The position numbers were made by a program, and so were the translations under genes. From positions 149,732,001 to 149,796,000 of the forward strand of contig CM059432.1 in assembly GCA_030390025.1 (NCBI GenBank): DNA of 64,000 nucleotides, given 5' to 3'. Positions within the stretch are counted from its first letter, which is position 1. Every line of letters begins with the position of its first letter. Below are positions 1-13,258 of the stretch, in pieces. Below the pieces are notes generated by a model. The model saw only the letters and a list, made by a program, of their open reading frames with translations, did no database searches and was not told the DNA's origin. Origin of the DNA: Squalus acanthias (taxonomy: Eukaryota).

Positions 1-2037
1 GTAATGTGGTGACCAGAACTGCACGCAGTACTCTAGCTGAGGCCTAACTAGTGTTTTATACAGTTGAAGCATAACCGCCCTGCTTTTGTATTCTATGCCA
101 CGGCTAATAAAGGCAAGCATTCCGTATGCCTTCTTAACCACCTTATCTACCTGACCTGCTACCTTCAGGGATCTGTGGACATGCACTCCAAGGTCCCTTT
201 GTTCCTCTACACTACTCAGTGTCCTACCATTTAATGTGTATTCCCTTTCCTTGTTAGCCCTCCCCAAATGCATTACCTCACACTTCTCCGGATTGCATTT
301 CATTTGCCACTGTTCTGCCCACCTGACCAATTTATTGATATCTTCCTGCAGTCTACAGCTTCCTTCTCCAGTATCAACCACACAACCGATTTTAGTATCA
401 TCTGCAAACTTCTTAATCATACCCCTTATATTCAAGTCTAGATTATTGATATATACCACAAAAAGCAAGGGACCTAGTACTGAGCCCTGCGGAACCCCAC
501 TGGAAACAGCCTTCCAGCACAAAAACACCCATCAACCATTACCCTCTGCTTCCTGTCTCCGAGCCAGTTTTGAATCCAACTTGAAACTTTGCCCTGGATC
601 CCATGGGCTTTTAACTTCGTGACCAGTCTGCCATGTGGAACCTTATCAAAAGCCTTGCTAAAGTCCATATACACTACATCAAATCGCACTACCCTCATCT
701 ACCCTCCTTGTTACCTCCTCAAAAAATTTAATCAAGTTTGTCAGACACGACCTTCCCTTAACAAATCCGTGCTGACTATCCTTGATTAATCCGTGTCTTT
801 CTAAATGAAGATTTATCCTGTCCTTCAGAATTCTTTCCAATAATTTTCCCACCACCGAGGTTAGGTTGACTGGCCTATAATTACTCGGTCTATCCTTTTC
901 TCCCTTTTTAAACAAGGGTACCACATTAGCAGTCCTCCAGTCCTTCGACACCACACCTGAAGCCAGAGAGGATTGAAAAATGATGGTCAGGACCTCTGCT
1001 ATTTCCTCTTTTGCTTCGCTTAACAGCCTGGGATACATTTCATCCGGGCCTGGGGATTTATCCACTTTTAAAGCTGCTAAACCCCTTAATACTTCCTCTC
1101 TCACTATGTTTATTTCATCTAATATTTCACACTCCTCCCCCCTGATAGCAATGTCTGCTTCGCCCCTCTCTTTTATGAAAACAGACGCAAAGTATTCATT
1201 AAAAACCCGACAGACATCTCCCGCCTCCACACACACATTACCCTCATGATCTCTAATAGGCCCTACCCTTGCTTTAGTTATCCTCTTACTCTTAATATAT
1301 TTATAAAACATCTTTGGGTTTTCCTTGATTTTACTTGCCAAGAATTTTTCATGCTCTCTCTTTGCTTTCCTAATATCCTTTTTAATTGCACCCCTGCACT
1401 TTCTATACTCCTCTAAAGATTCTGGAGTATTTAGCCCTCGGTATCTGTCATACTCCTCCTTTTTTTCTTTATCCTACCCTGTACGTCCCTAGACATCCAG
1501 GGGGCTCTAGATTTGTTAGTCCCACCTTTTTTTCTTGAAGGGCACATGTTTGGTCTGAACCCTCCGGATCTCCTCCTTGAATGCCTCCCACTGCTCTGAC
1601 ACTGATTTACCTTCAAGTAGCTGTTTCCAGTCTACTATGGCTAAATCCCCTCTGAGCTTAGCAAAATTTGCTTTTCCCCAATTTAGAATTTTTATTCCTG
1701 GTCTATCCTTGTCCTTTTCCATAACTACCTTAAATCTAACAGAATTATGGTCACTAGCACCAAAATGCTCCCCCACTGATACGCCTTCTACCTGCCCAGC
1801 TTCATTCTCTAAAACTAAGTCCAGAACTGCCCCCTCCCTTGTTGGGCTTGCTACATACTGGCTAAAAAAGTTCTCCTGGATGCATTTTAGGAATTCCGCA
1901 CCCTCTATACCCTTCACATTAATTTTATCCCAGTTACTATTGGGGTAGTTGAAATCCCCTACTATTACTGCCCTATAGTTTTTGCACTTCTCAGAAATTT
2001 GTCTACATATTTGTTCTTCTATCTCCCTCTCACTGTA
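1..2037 (-). mobile_element. CR1 LINE ORF2 fragment (endonuclease C-half plus RT), frameshifted, runs off the window start
   Basis: ORFs 1516-2043, 679-1341 and 474-698 carry GDFNYP, SDHNSV, KSPGPD, NYRPVNLTSVVGKLLE, QHGFVKGRSCLTNL and YMDFSKAFDKVPH; closely similar to the 32760-35572 ORF2. Confidence 0.95.
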
Positions 2038-2972
2038 CTGCATAATGCGAGATGTTGCTTATATCTCCAGCAGCAGCCTGGAAGGAGCCAGATGCATAAA
2101 AGTACAGAGCAACAGTCACCTTGACAGCCACAGGCAATGCTGTCCTTGCCCTGCTCTGAGGTTGCAGTTGTGGCTGCAGCAGTTGGCAAATTTCAGTCAC
2201 GACCTCTTGTGAAAAGCAGACTTTTCAAGTATTGGTGAGGTCTGGTTGCAAGAGGTGGCAGAGTTCTGTGAGCACCTCCTTCGTAAAGTGCAGACGCCTC
2301 ACACACTGCTCCTGGTAAGAGAATTGCTCCCTGAACACCCTCTGTGGACATGGCCTCCTGCTGAGAGCCCTTCTCCCCTCCTCCCTCTTCTAGCAGCTTG
2401 TCCTGCTCTGTGTGGCCTCTCCCTTCTTCCAGTCATGCTCAATTCCAAGAGGAAGGCCAACCAGACCACCCATGTCTGCAAGCAACTGGTTTCAGCACAA
2501 GCCTTTAAGTCACCAAAAAAGTACTTCAGCACCAGCCAGACCACTCCCTGTAGACTACTGAAACTTGAGACAAGTATAGAAAAGCTCCCAAAACACGTAC
2601 AATTGCAGCAACAGCCAGAAGAAATAATCCAGCAGCTAACCTGTAAGTAGTTCATGATCGATTTAAATAGCGCTGGTGAGGGGGTCCTTCATGCTGTTTA
2701 ATATCTTGTTCAGCTGTGCGACGTTAAGAGAGGGTGTAGGCTGCAGTGTGGAGCGTGAAAATGACAGCACTGCCGTCAAATCAGCGTTGCACACTAATTG
2801 ATGTCATGATCTGCCTGCTCTGCATGGTTCCAGCGGTCATTAGGTGCGTGCACACACACCCCTTTACAAATATGGCACCCATCGGATTCACGGATGCCAT
2901 TTTCGACCTTTAGGAGGTGTCCTCGCACCCAAACAAACAGGCGCTACAAAGCCCAATTTAGCCCCCCCCCCC
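2038..2972 (-). mobile_element. PIF/Harbinger element remnant with degenerate HARBI1-like transposase N-terminus
   Basis: Minus-strand translation RRPCPQRVFREQFSY..CVRRLHFTKEVLTELCHLLQPDL..TALPVAVKVTVALYFYASGSFQ; TIR-like end aatttagccccc near 2960. Confidence 0.8.
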
Positions 2973-3149
2973 CACTGAGTTTTGGTGATTAACTCAGGGG
3001 ATTTGGCCCATACACATTTTCGTCCTCCAATACAGTCTCTTTCACATCATGGTGTGTATCATGTAACACTGCTTTGACTGCCTTGCTTCCCATATCTTAC
3101 TAATATTTCAGTCAGTACAATATTCTTTGCATAATGATCCCATAGCACT

Positions 3150-3365
3150 ATTTGAAGAAGAGCAAAGGAATACAAGTGTCGCGACCAACATTTATCTCTC
3201 AACCAACAACTGCAAAAAAAGAACAGTTTAACAGGTCATTTATCTCACTGCTGTTTGTGGGACATTACTGTGAGCAATTTGGCCGCTGTGTTTGCCTACA
3301 TTGCAACAGTGATGGCACTTCAAAAGTAATTCATTGGCTTAGAAGTGCTTTGGGACACGTGGAGT
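3150..3365 (+). mobile_element. Degenerate DeuSINE fragment
   Basis: Similar to the 3' half of the 13368-13830 SINE (gaagagca..ctgtttgtgggac..ttcattggct). Confidence 0.7.
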
Positions 3366-3514
3366 TCTATCCTTATATCTTTAACAACTGTTACTTTCCT
3401 TCAAGTCCACGTCTATCCTGTGTTATTTTGCTTGTTAACTGCTTGGGAAGCAGAGAAGAATCATTATTGCATCTTGATTGGCTGCTCTTATTTCACACAA
3501 ATCATATTCTACGG

Positions 3515-4130
3515 AAACACATAGAAACATAGAAAAATAGGAGCAGCAGTAGACCATTCGGCCCTTCGAGCCTGCTCCGTCATTCAATATGATCATGGCT
3601 GATCCTCTATCTCAATACCATATTCCCGCTCTCTCCCCATACCCCTTGATGCCTTTTGTTTCTAGAAATCTATCTATCTCCTTCTTAAATATATTCAGTG
3701 ACTTGGCCTCAACTGCCTTCTGTGGTAGAGAATTCCACAGGTTCACCACCCTCTGAGTGAAGAAATTTCTCCTCATCTCAGTCCTAAATGTCCTACCCCG
3801 TATCCTGAGACTGTGACCCCTCGTTCTAGATACCCCAGCCAGGGGAAACATCCTCCCTGCATCCAGTCTGTCTAGCCCTGTCAGAATTTTATACGTTTCA
3901 ATGAGATCCCCTCTCATTCTTCTAAACTCTAGTGAATACAGGCCTAGTCGACCCAATCTCTCCTCCTACGACAGTCCTGCCATCCCAGGAATCAGTCTGG
4001 TGAACCTTCGCTGCACTCCCTCTATGGCAAGTATATCCTTTCTTAGGTAAGGAGACCAAAACTGCACATACTGCTCCAGGTGTGGTCTCACCAAGGCCCT
4101 GTATGACTGTAGTAAGACATCCTTGCTCCT
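3515..4130 (-). mobile_element. CR1 3' fragment
   Basis: LYSLEFRRMRGDLIETYKIL..RRNFFTQRVVNLWNSLP plus 3' UTR with (catagaaa)n tail. Confidence 0.95.
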
Positions 4131-4860
4131 GTTTCAAAACTGTGCATTCCTGTGGTTGTAATTTACAACTCACTAATGCAACGAAAAATTGACATTTCCT
4201 ACATTTTAGCCCAAAACTCCCAAGAACTCTGGAATGGCCTTTTCTCGAAAACAGCTTTATTCTTTGTACAGCCAGTATCAGGATTCTTCCCTTGTGCTGA
4301 CATTGTCCTACTTTTGTTACAAATAAATCAAATCTCAATCTTGTTACACTACCGTGTGCTAAATTTAATATCCATCCCTTTGCGGTTGTGCCAATTATGC
4401 AGCATAATGATTGAATTCTGGTTTATTTAAGTTGCTGACCTCACCTTAACTGCAGCAGCCAGAAGGTTTAACACAGAAGAAAGACTTGCATTTCTATAGC
4501 GCCTTTCACGACCACCGGACGTCTCAAAGCGTTTTGCAGCCAATGAAGTACTTATTTTGAAGTGTAGTCACTGTTGTAATGTGGGAAACGCGGCAGCCAA
4601 TTTGTGCACAGCAAGCTCCCACAAACAGAAATGTGATAATGACCAGATAATCTGTTTTTTTTGTTATGTTGGTTGAGAGATAAATATTGGCCAGGACACC
4701 GGGGAGAACTCCCCCACTCTTCTTCGAAATAGTGCCATGGGATCTTTTATGTCCACCTGAGAGGGCAGATGGGGCCTCGGTTTAATGTCTCATCCGAAAG
4801 ACGGCACCTCCGACAGTGCAGTACTCCCTCAGCACCGCAGTGTCAGCCTAGATTTATGAG

Positions 4861-5061
4861 TGAGAAGTCGCACAACACCAGGTTATAGTCCAACAGTTTT
4901 ATTTGAAATCGCAAGCTTTCGGAGCTGCTGCTCCTTCGTCAGGTGAAGTAGCTGCAGCTTTGAAAGCTTGTGATTTCAAATAAAACTGTTGGACTATAAC
5001 CTGGTGTTGTGCGACTTCTCACTTTTGTCCACCCCAGTCCAACACCAGCATCTCTGCATCA
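4861..5061. mobile_element. Penelope-like family 1 terminal repeats in inverted arrangement
   Basis: About 60-bp inverted repeat 4860-4920 / 4962-5022; 12-bp TSD tagatttatgag at 4849-4860 and 5062-5073; same sequence lies downstream of the GIY-YIG ORF at 30288-30990. Confidence 0.85.
4909..4946 (-). ncRNA. Minimal type I hammerhead ribozyme motif (one stem I mismatch)
   Basis: tcac-CTGACGA-A-GGAGC agca GCTCC-GAAA-GC-TT-gcga. Confidence 0.75.
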
Positions 5062-5939
5062 TAGATTTATGAGCTCAAGTCTCTGGAGTGGGTCTTGAAC
5101 CCACAACCTTCTGACTCAGAGGCGAGTGTGCTGCCCACTGAGCCACAGCTGACACAACTCCAAACAGTTCCAAACATGTTTCTGGGTGTACAAATGGGAT
5201 GTATAAAATGATAACCCTATTTCCCCAACTAGGTTGATGGCGATTTTACCTCAGCTGAGACAAAGCTTATTCGCGAGATTGGGAAAATGTTAGCAATTAT
5301 AGACTCAGTTTCCCCTTTTTTTAAATCGGAAAATAGGGGAAATGCTTGTTCTTATTTCTAATTTAGAAGTTTCTAATTGCCATTACAGGGTGTACCCTTC
5401 TGAAACATTTGATTCCTGAGAATGTGGCTTTTTGGCAGTAACAAAGGGGGAAAAAATAGACCCCCTTCTGCTGATTATTCTCATTATCCCCCGTGTCTGA
5501 CATTGGCAAGGTAAGTTCTGACCTGTTTTCCCAGACAACTGAACTTCTTTCACCGCTTTTCACTTTTAGAATAAAACACATCTCTTGCTAAAGTTAGCAC
5601 TGTTCCTTCTGTCAGTCATAATTAATTCTCCTTCGTTTGTCTTGGGTATGTGGCCGAGACGATGTCCAATGTTTAAAGCAGTGTACTTAAAAAAAAAATG
5701 GGAGTGTTATCATCAGCAATCTTTCAAGGGTGTAATTAGGAAAGCAGCTACTGCTTCACACTGACTTTTAACTTGTCAAGTGTGACTTGGGTGTCAAGAC
5801 CCAAACAGACTCCATAGACTACCTTCTTCCAGGGAGCATCACTCCACTCCAGGCTGGGCCCTGACTCTGGATTCAGGCTGAATTTACACAGCAGTGACGG
5901 CGTAAAGTTAAGCTGCTTTACACGGACAACTGAGGTGTA

Positions 5940-6690
5940 GAATCATAGAATGGTTACAGCACGGAAGGAGGCCATTCAGCCCGTCGAGCCCGTGCCGGCT
6001 CTCTGCAGGAGCACTTCAGCTAGTCCCACTCCCCCGCCCTTTCCCCGTAGCCCTGCAAATTTTTTTCCTTCAGGTACTTATCCAACTCCCTTTTGAAAGC
6101 CGTGATTGAGTCTGCCTCCACCAAAGGCAGTGCATTCCAGATCCTAACCACTCACTGAGTAAAAAAGTTTTTCCTCATTTCACCTTTGGTTCTTCTGCCA
6201 ATCACCTTAAATCTGTGTCCTCTGGTTCTCGACCCTTCTGCCAATGGGAACATTTTCCCTCTATCTACTCTGTCCAGACCCCTCATGATTTTGAACACCT
6301 CTATCAAATCTCCTCTCAATCTTCTCTGCTCTAAGGAAAACAACCCCAGCTTCTCCAGTCTATCCACGTAACTGAAGTCCCTCATTCCTGGAACCATTCT
6401 CGTAAATCTTTTCTGCACCCTCTCCAAGGCCTTCACATCCTTCCTAAAGTGTGGTGCTCAGAATTGGACACAGTCTCCAGTTGGAGCCGAACCAGGGTTT
6501 TATAAAGGTTCATAATTTCCAGGCTTTTGTACTCCATACCTTTATTTATGAAGCCCAGGATCCCGCATGCTTTTTTAACCGCTTTCTCAACCTGCCCTGC
6601 CACCTTCAATAATTTGTGCACATATACCCTTAGGTCTCTCTTTCCATGCACCCCCTTTAGGATTGTACCTATAGTTTATATTGCCTCTCC
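5940..6690 (-). mobile_element. CR1 3' fragment
   Basis: KALERVQKRFTRMVPGMRDFSYVDRLEKLGLFSLEQRRLRGDLIEVFKIM; same subfamily as 39128-39580. Confidence 0.95.
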
Positions 6691-6704
6691 TCGTGTAAAC
6701 ACAT

Positions 6705-8375
6705 GCACTTGAAAAATTGGGACTGGTTTCATTGGAACAGAGGAGATTACAGGGTAATTTGATAGAGGCATTTAAAATTATGAATCGATGGGATAAAGTA
6801 GATAGAAACAGACTGCTTTGGTGGTTGAGGGGTCTAGAATGAGGGGACATAGAAAAAAGATTAAATGCAAGAGATTTAGGACAGAGCAGGAGAAAGTTTT
6901 TTTTAGACAGAGGCTGTGGAATGCACTGCGGAGTTAGTGATTGAAGCAGTGACCTTGTCAACATTTATGAATAGGTTAGATAGGTGGTTGAAGGAAAGGG
7001 GAATAAAAAGATATAGAACACGGCGGGTACGTGGGATTTAACGTCAGTTGTGGAGACGCTACTAGGATCTGTCAGATGTACTGAGCACTTGAACAAATAT
7101 GAGCTGATCAGAGAGAGCCAGCATGGCTTTAAGGGTATGTCATGTCTCAATGATCTAGTTCAATTTTTGAAGAGGTCCCTAATAAAAAGAAAGACTTGCA
7201 TTTCTATAGTTTACACAACCACCGGACATCTCAAAGCACTTTACTGCCAATGAAGTACTTTTGAGTGTAGTCACTGTTGTAATGTAGGAAACGCAGCAGC
7301 CAATTTGTGCACAGCAAGCTCCCACAAACAGCAATGTGATAATGACCAGATAATCTGTTTTTGTTATGTGGATTGAGGGATAAATATTGGCCAGGACACC
7401 GTGGATAACTCCCCTGCTCTTCTTTGAAATAGTGCCATGGGATCTTTTACATCCACCTGAGAGAGCAGACGGGGCCTCGGTTAAGGTAGATAAGGGAGTG
7501 TCTATGGATGTTATTTATATGGACTTCCAGAAGGCAGTCAGTAAGGTTCCACAGAAAAGATTATTGGCAAAAATAAAAGCACATGGAATTGGAGATAGCC
7601 TTTTGACTTGGGTTGGAAATTGGTTGGGAGGTAGGAGACAGAGAGTGAGGATAAAGGGAATGTACGCTGATTGGCAGGATGTAACAAGTGGTGTCCCCCA
7701 GGGATCTGTTCTGGGGCCTCAACTTTCGGCATATTTATGAATGACTTGGATGAAGGAATAGAGAGCCGAATATCCAAGTTTGCAGATTAACAGTAAGTTA
7801 GTGCAGATGGGAGCGGGAAGATACAAAGGGACATAAACAGATTGAGTGAACAAAACTGTGGCAAATGAAGTTCAATGTGGGCAAGTGTGAGGTACTTTGT
7901 ACCCAATAAAGATAAATCAGAGTATTTTCTAAATGGCGAGAAACTAGGAACTGTGAAGAGTGAAGGGATTTGGGAGTCCAAGTTCACAAATCATTAAAAG
8001 CTCGTAGACAGATACAGAAAGCAACAGAAGGGCGAATGGAATGTTGGCCTTGATCTCAAGGGGGCCGGGATACAAAGGGGAGGAAGTAATGCTTCAGTTG
8101 TACAGGGCCTAGGTCAGACGCCATCTTGAATACTGAAGTCAATTTTGGGTACTGCACCTCAGGAAGGAGATACTGGCCTTGGAGAGGGTGCAGTGCGGAT
8201 TCATCAGATACGGAGTCTTAGGGGGTTAAATTATAAGGACAGGTTGCATAAACTTGGCTTGTATTGCCTTAAGTATAGAAAATTGAAGGGTGATCTGATC
8301 GATGTGTTTAAAATGTTAAAAGGATTTGATAGGATAGATATGGAGAGACTATTTCCTCTGGTGGGGCAGTCCAGA
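6705..8375 (+). mobile_element. Old fragmented CR1 ORF2 pieces
   Basis: ESQHGF, DVIYMDFQKA, SGVPQGSVLGP and RKLKGDLIDVFKML motifs in broken frames. Confidence 0.85.
7186..7483 (-). mobile_element. DeuSINE, 5'-truncated, inserted in CR1
   Basis: Closely similar to 4475-4790. Confidence 0.85.
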
Positions 8376-8617
8376 ACATAAGAACATAAGAAATAGGAGC
8401 AGGAATAGGCCACTTGGCCCCTCGAGCCTGCTCCGCCATTCAATAAGATCATGGCTGATCTTGGGCTCAAAGCCACTTCCCTGCCCACTCCCCATAACCT
8501 TCATTCCTTATCTTGCAAAAATCTGTCTATCTCCACCTTAAATGTATTTAATGACCCAGCCTCCACGGCTCTCTGGGGCAGCGAATTCCACAGATTTACG
8601 ACCCTCTGAGAGAAGGA
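8375..8617 (-). mobile_element. CR1 3' end
   Basis: (aacataag)n tail and CR1 3' UTR stem-loop. Confidence 0.85.
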
Positions 8618-10005
8618 GCTAATGTAAGTCAGTGAGCACAGAGGCGATGGATGAATGGGACTTGGTGCAAATTAGGATATGGGCAGCAGAGTTTTGGATC
8701 AGCTGAAGTTTACGGAGGATGGAAGATTGGCTAGGAGAGCGTTGGAATAGTTGAGTCTGGAGGTAACAAAAGCAGGGATGAGGGTTTCAGCACCAGATGA
8801 GCTGAGGCAGGGGCGGAGACGGGCGATATTATGATGGTGGAAGTGGGCGGTCTTGGTGATAGAAAGGATGTGGGGTTGTAAGCTCAGCTCAGGGTCAAAT
8901 CGGACACCGAGGTTGCTAACAGTCTGTTTCAGCCTCAGACAGTGGCCAGGGAGGGGGATGAAATTGGTGGTTAGGGAACAAACATAGAAACATAGAAGAT
9001 AGGAGCAGGAGTAGGCCATTCGGCCCCTCGAGCCTGCTCCACCATTCAATGAGATCATAGCTGATCATCCAAATTCAGCACCCTGTCCCTGCTTTCTCCC
9101 CATATCCCTTGATCCCTTTAACCTTAAGAAATATATCTAACTCCTTCTTGAATATATTTAATGAATTGGCCTCAACTGCCTTCTGTGGTAGAGAATTCCA
9201 CAGGTTCACCACTCTCTGGGTGAAGAAATTCCTCCTCATCTCAGTCCTAAATGGCTTACCCCTTATCCTTAGACTGTGACCCCTGGTTCTGGACTCCCCC
9301 GCCATCGGGAACTTTGTGGTGGGGATTGAAGACAATGGCTTCGGTTTTCCCAATATTTAATTGCAGGATATTTCTTCTCATCCAATACTGGATGTCGGAC
9401 AAATAGCGTGACAAATCAGAGGCTGTGGAGGGGTCGAGAGAGGTGGTGTGGTAGAACTGGGTGACATTAGCGTACATGGGGAATCTGACATGTTTTCGGA
9501 TGATGTTGCCGAGGGGCTACATGTAGATGAGAAAGTGAAGGGAGATTCCAGAGGTAATGTTGCAGGGAAGAGAAGCCATTGCAGGAGCTTCGGTGCCTCT
9601 GACTGGATACATAAGAATGGAACCAGGCAACGTTAATCCCACTCAGCTGGACAACGGAGGAGAGGCATTGAAGGAGGATGGTGTGGTCAAACGTGTCAAA
9701 GGCTGCAGACAGGTCAAGAAGGATAAGAAGGGATAGTGAACCACGGTCACAGTCAGATAGGATGTCATTTGTGACTTTGATAAGGGCCGCGTCAGTGCTG
9801 GGGCAGAAACCTGATTGCAGAGGCTCAAGCATGGAGTTGCGGGGAAGATGGACACGGATTTGGGAGGTGACAACACATTCAAGGACTTGAGAGGAAATGG
9901 AGATTGGTGACGGGGTGCTAGTTTTCAAGGACAGAAGGGATCAAGGGTGGGGTTTTTTTTTAGGAGAGGGGTGATGACGGCAGATTTGAAAGGAAGGGGG
10001 GCAGT
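8618..10005 (-). mobile_element. L2-clade LINE RT fragment
   Basis: LLILLDLSAAFDTFDH, DIQYWMRRNILQLNIGKTE, NLGVRFDPELS and AFVTSRLNYSNALL motifs. Confidence 0.85.
8980..9310 (-). mobile_element. CR1 3' end inserted in L2
   Basis: RTRGHSLRIRGKPFRTEMRRNFFTQRVVNLWNSLP plus (catagaaa) tail. Confidence 0.9.
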
Positions 10006-10541
10006 TTAACCATCTTCTCTTAATCTGCTGTTGATTTTGGGAATAGTTGAACAGTGATTGGTAATGACCCGGGTTGAGTAAACAGACTTGGAGGAGCTAC
10101 TGCCACATGAAAATGTGAGGGACTGAATCATCATTAGTAAACACTGTCATTAATTCTGGTACTTTAGTCATCATGCCATTTCAATCCCACATGCTAATGC
10201 AGCCTTCTCCACACTGTTGGGCACAGTACTGCCTACAACATAGCTCCCAAGGGATGTTATCTGCAAAATGCAGAAAAGGCACTGGCTCATAATATCCCCT
10301 GCACTGATATTTTGTGACTGAAGCATTCTTCATAACCTTTGCAATTCCTGTTGATGAAAATCTCTCACGGGGACAGGTTTCCTTCCTGGAGTACAAATCT
10401 CCATTGCACGCCCAGCAGTCACTGTCCAATCTGCATGCAACTGCAATTATACTCATTTTCACGTCTCCTAAGCAACTAACGAGCCAAAGATGTTAATCCA
10501 GCTGTGCACGGAGCGAAATGACTTTTGCTACAGTGGCTGAA

Positions 10542-13258
10542 TGTAGTGAAGGATCCTCGATTCACCGTCTGACACGGGATGCACGTTAGTTGTAAGTGCG
10601 TGGCGTCTGAGTCATGGGATTTGTCAGGTGATGAGTCAGGTGATTCCTTTGTTCTCTCTCTCTTCTCTGTGTTATCTGAAAAGCAGCAGGTTCTGCAGCT
10701 ACTGTGAGTTTACTTGTTATTTTAATATACGTAAATAAAACGTTGATACTCTTTAGAACAAATCACGGCTACGCCTACTATTCTTGGAGATATCGACACC
10801 TGGTGGCAGCACTGGAAGTGATTGTTTGAAGCGACCTTCTCTATTTTGGTGGGCATCTTGGAAGCCGGCACGGGTTTTAAAGTTAAGCAAAAACTGATGC
10901 TTGTGCACGATGGCATCGTGAGGTGCTCCACCGCCTCCACAATGCGAATGTTGTGGAAAAGATTGGAGCGAGCCTGGAAGCGCTGTGCCCTGGCAACGAA
11001 GCTTGGCCAGGAGTCGGAATTGGTGCAGGTCTCGGCGCTTCTCACAGTAACAGGGGAAGAAGCTCATGAAGTCTATTCCATGTGGGTGGACTGGGCCGAG
11101 GATGGAGACAGACAGTGCTGAGGAAATCTTTTCATTACCGCCAACCGCGCAAGAATGTTCCTTTTGAGAAATATAAATTCAACAGGAGAATGCAGGATGC
11201 TGGTGAAACTCATGACCACTATCGTACAGCATTGCGAAAACTCACCAAAGGGTGCGATACTCAGAGACCGACTCGTGTTTGGAATTGCGGATTCAAGGGT
11301 GCGAGAGAGTCTGCTTCGAGAGGCAAATCTAACCTTGTCGAAGACGGATGAGATTTGTCACGCGGCTGAAAGCACGGTGGTGTAACTCAGTCATCGGGGA
11401 GTTGTGGGGACAGAATGTGAGTGCGGTAAATAAAGCCAAGGAAACCCCAAGGCGCGACAGAGACAAGCTTCGGGACAACGCTAAAGAATCCCCAAAGACT
11501 CGCGAGTGTTGGAACTGCGGGAAGAAACACAAGTTCCACAAGAGAGAGCTTTGTCCAGCCTTTGGGAAGGTGAGCAATAAGTGCGGAAAGAGAAACCATT
11601 TAGCAGCAAAATGCCGTGGAAAAGAATCTCCTGCACGCAGACAGACAGTTAGAGCAGTAGATGAAGAACCAAGGACGAAAGAAGTCTTTGTCATCAATGA
11701 GGTCAGTGCGGTGAGTTTGGGTGACTCCGAGTGTTACACTTAGGCTGGAGTCAGGCAACTACCTAAATTTCAAATAGACACGGGGCCACAATGTAACGCC
11801 ATTCCGCTGCACCTTTACAAAAAAGCAACAAGAGATTTTAAGCTAGCAAAGGTGGAACCGTTGAAGTCAGCGATTGTAGCTTATGGCAGCACAAGTCTTC
11901 CCAAGAGGACAAGTACGAATTCTGGTCCAATGTGGTGACTGTAAGTGTAAGCTGGACTGTAAGCCAGTCGAAAGCACGACTCTATGACCTCTGCTGGGTA
12001 GGAAGGCCTGCCTGGGCATGGACATCATTAGGTACAACGATAATGATGAAATAAATAGAACACCATCTACTGGAGTAACAGCATACACGATCAATGACGA
12101 CAAGCCACTAGCCAAGGAGTGTTTAATACTGAAACATCCTCGGGTATTCAGTGATCGGCTAGGACAAGTTGAGGGAGAGCACCAAATCAGGCTTGACAAG
12201 GCAGTAGATCCAGTCCAACATGTCCCGCGTCGAGTACCAGTGGCTTTAAGGGATAAGCTGAAGGAAACCCTGGATGGTCTGGTCAGACAGGACATCATCG
12301 CTCCTGTAACAACGCTGACCTCATGGATCAGTTCCATGGTAGTCGTACCTAAGAAGAATGGAACACTAGGCATCTGCTTGGATTCTAAAGACCTAAACAA
12401 GGCTATCAGGCGAGAACAGTATCCTCTACCGACTATTGAAGATGTGGCTGCTCGTCTACACAGTGCTAAAGTCTTCACGATTCTCAACATCCGAAATGAG
12501 TTTTGGCGCGTGAACCTCGATGAACAGTCGTCATATCTTACAACATTCCACACACCTTCTGGACAATACCACTGGAAGTGTGCGCCATCTGGGATCAGCT
12601 CAGTGTTATTAGTTTTCCAACGAAGAATGCATGAGTTGGTGGAAGGACTGCAAGGGATAGAGGTCATTGCAGATGATTTTGTGATGGTTGGTTTTGGAGA
12701 AACGCTTGAAGTAGCGACTCGAGACCATGATAAACCACAAGAAGCTTTCTTACATCGATGCAGTGATCGTGGAGCGGTGTTAAACAAAACTAAAATGAAA
12801 CTTCTCGTGCAAGAAGTTCCTTTTATTGGAGACGTGGCTGGGGGAAGAGGACCATGTGTGGATCCAGCCAAAGTTAAAGCGGATCGGGAGATGCCGACAC
12901 CAACTGATGTAGCGGGGAGCCAATGACTGCTTGGACTTGCTCAAAATCTGGGCAAGTTTCTCCCACATCTGTCAGACATATTGAAGCCGCTCAGAGGCTT
13001 AACGCAGAAGGACGCTGAACGGTTCTGGGGACAATCGCAAGAATTGGTGCTGCAACAACTTAAATTAGTGTTCACCAGGTCTTAGGTGTTATAATCTCAA
13101 GGAAGAAGTCACTTTACAATGTGATGCATCTCAACTTGGACTTGGAGCAGCAATGATGCAGAATGGACAACTGGTTGCGTATGCATCAAGGGCATTGACA
13201 GCAGCAGGGACGAGATACGCACAGATCAAGAAAGAACTTGTGATCTTGTTCACCCGTG
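10542..13258 (+). mobile_element. Decayed Ty3/Gypsy LTR retrotransposon: probable 5' LTR, PBS, gag, protease, RT, RNase H; 3'-truncated
   Basis: TGTAG start at 10542, aataaa near 10735, PBS-like tggtggcagc at 10801; gag knuckle CWNCGKKH..CGKRNHLAAKC; protease FQIDTG at 11768; RT YPLPTIED and IADD; RNase H QCDASQLGLGA..YASRALT..RYAQIKKEL. Confidence 0.9.
12018..12926 (+). pseudogene. Gypsy pol reverse-transcriptase segment
   Basis: 302-aa ORF with WISSMVVVPKKNGTLGICLDSKDLNKAI, YPLPTIED and IADD; disrupted on both sides. Confidence 0.85.

Larger units (their letters stand above)
4475..5155 (-). mobile_element. DeuSINE (SacSINE1-like, tRNA-derived), interrupted by a Penelope insertion
   Basis: tRNA-like head (ttgaacccacaaccttctgactcagagg) and Deu-domain-like core aatagtgccatgggatctttta; multiple copies in the window. 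Confidence 0.8.

Noticed and set aside
5389..5510. Plus-strand exon candidate (ttacag ... AAG|gtaagt)
   Set aside because: Stops in all three frames; no supporting neighbouring exons
10181..10462. Cys-rich 93-aa ORF in unique sequence
   Set aside because: No recognisable domain spacing, signal peptide or consistent splice sites
11867..12871. 334-aa minus-strand ORF
   Set aside because: Antisense shadow of the Gypsy RT frame
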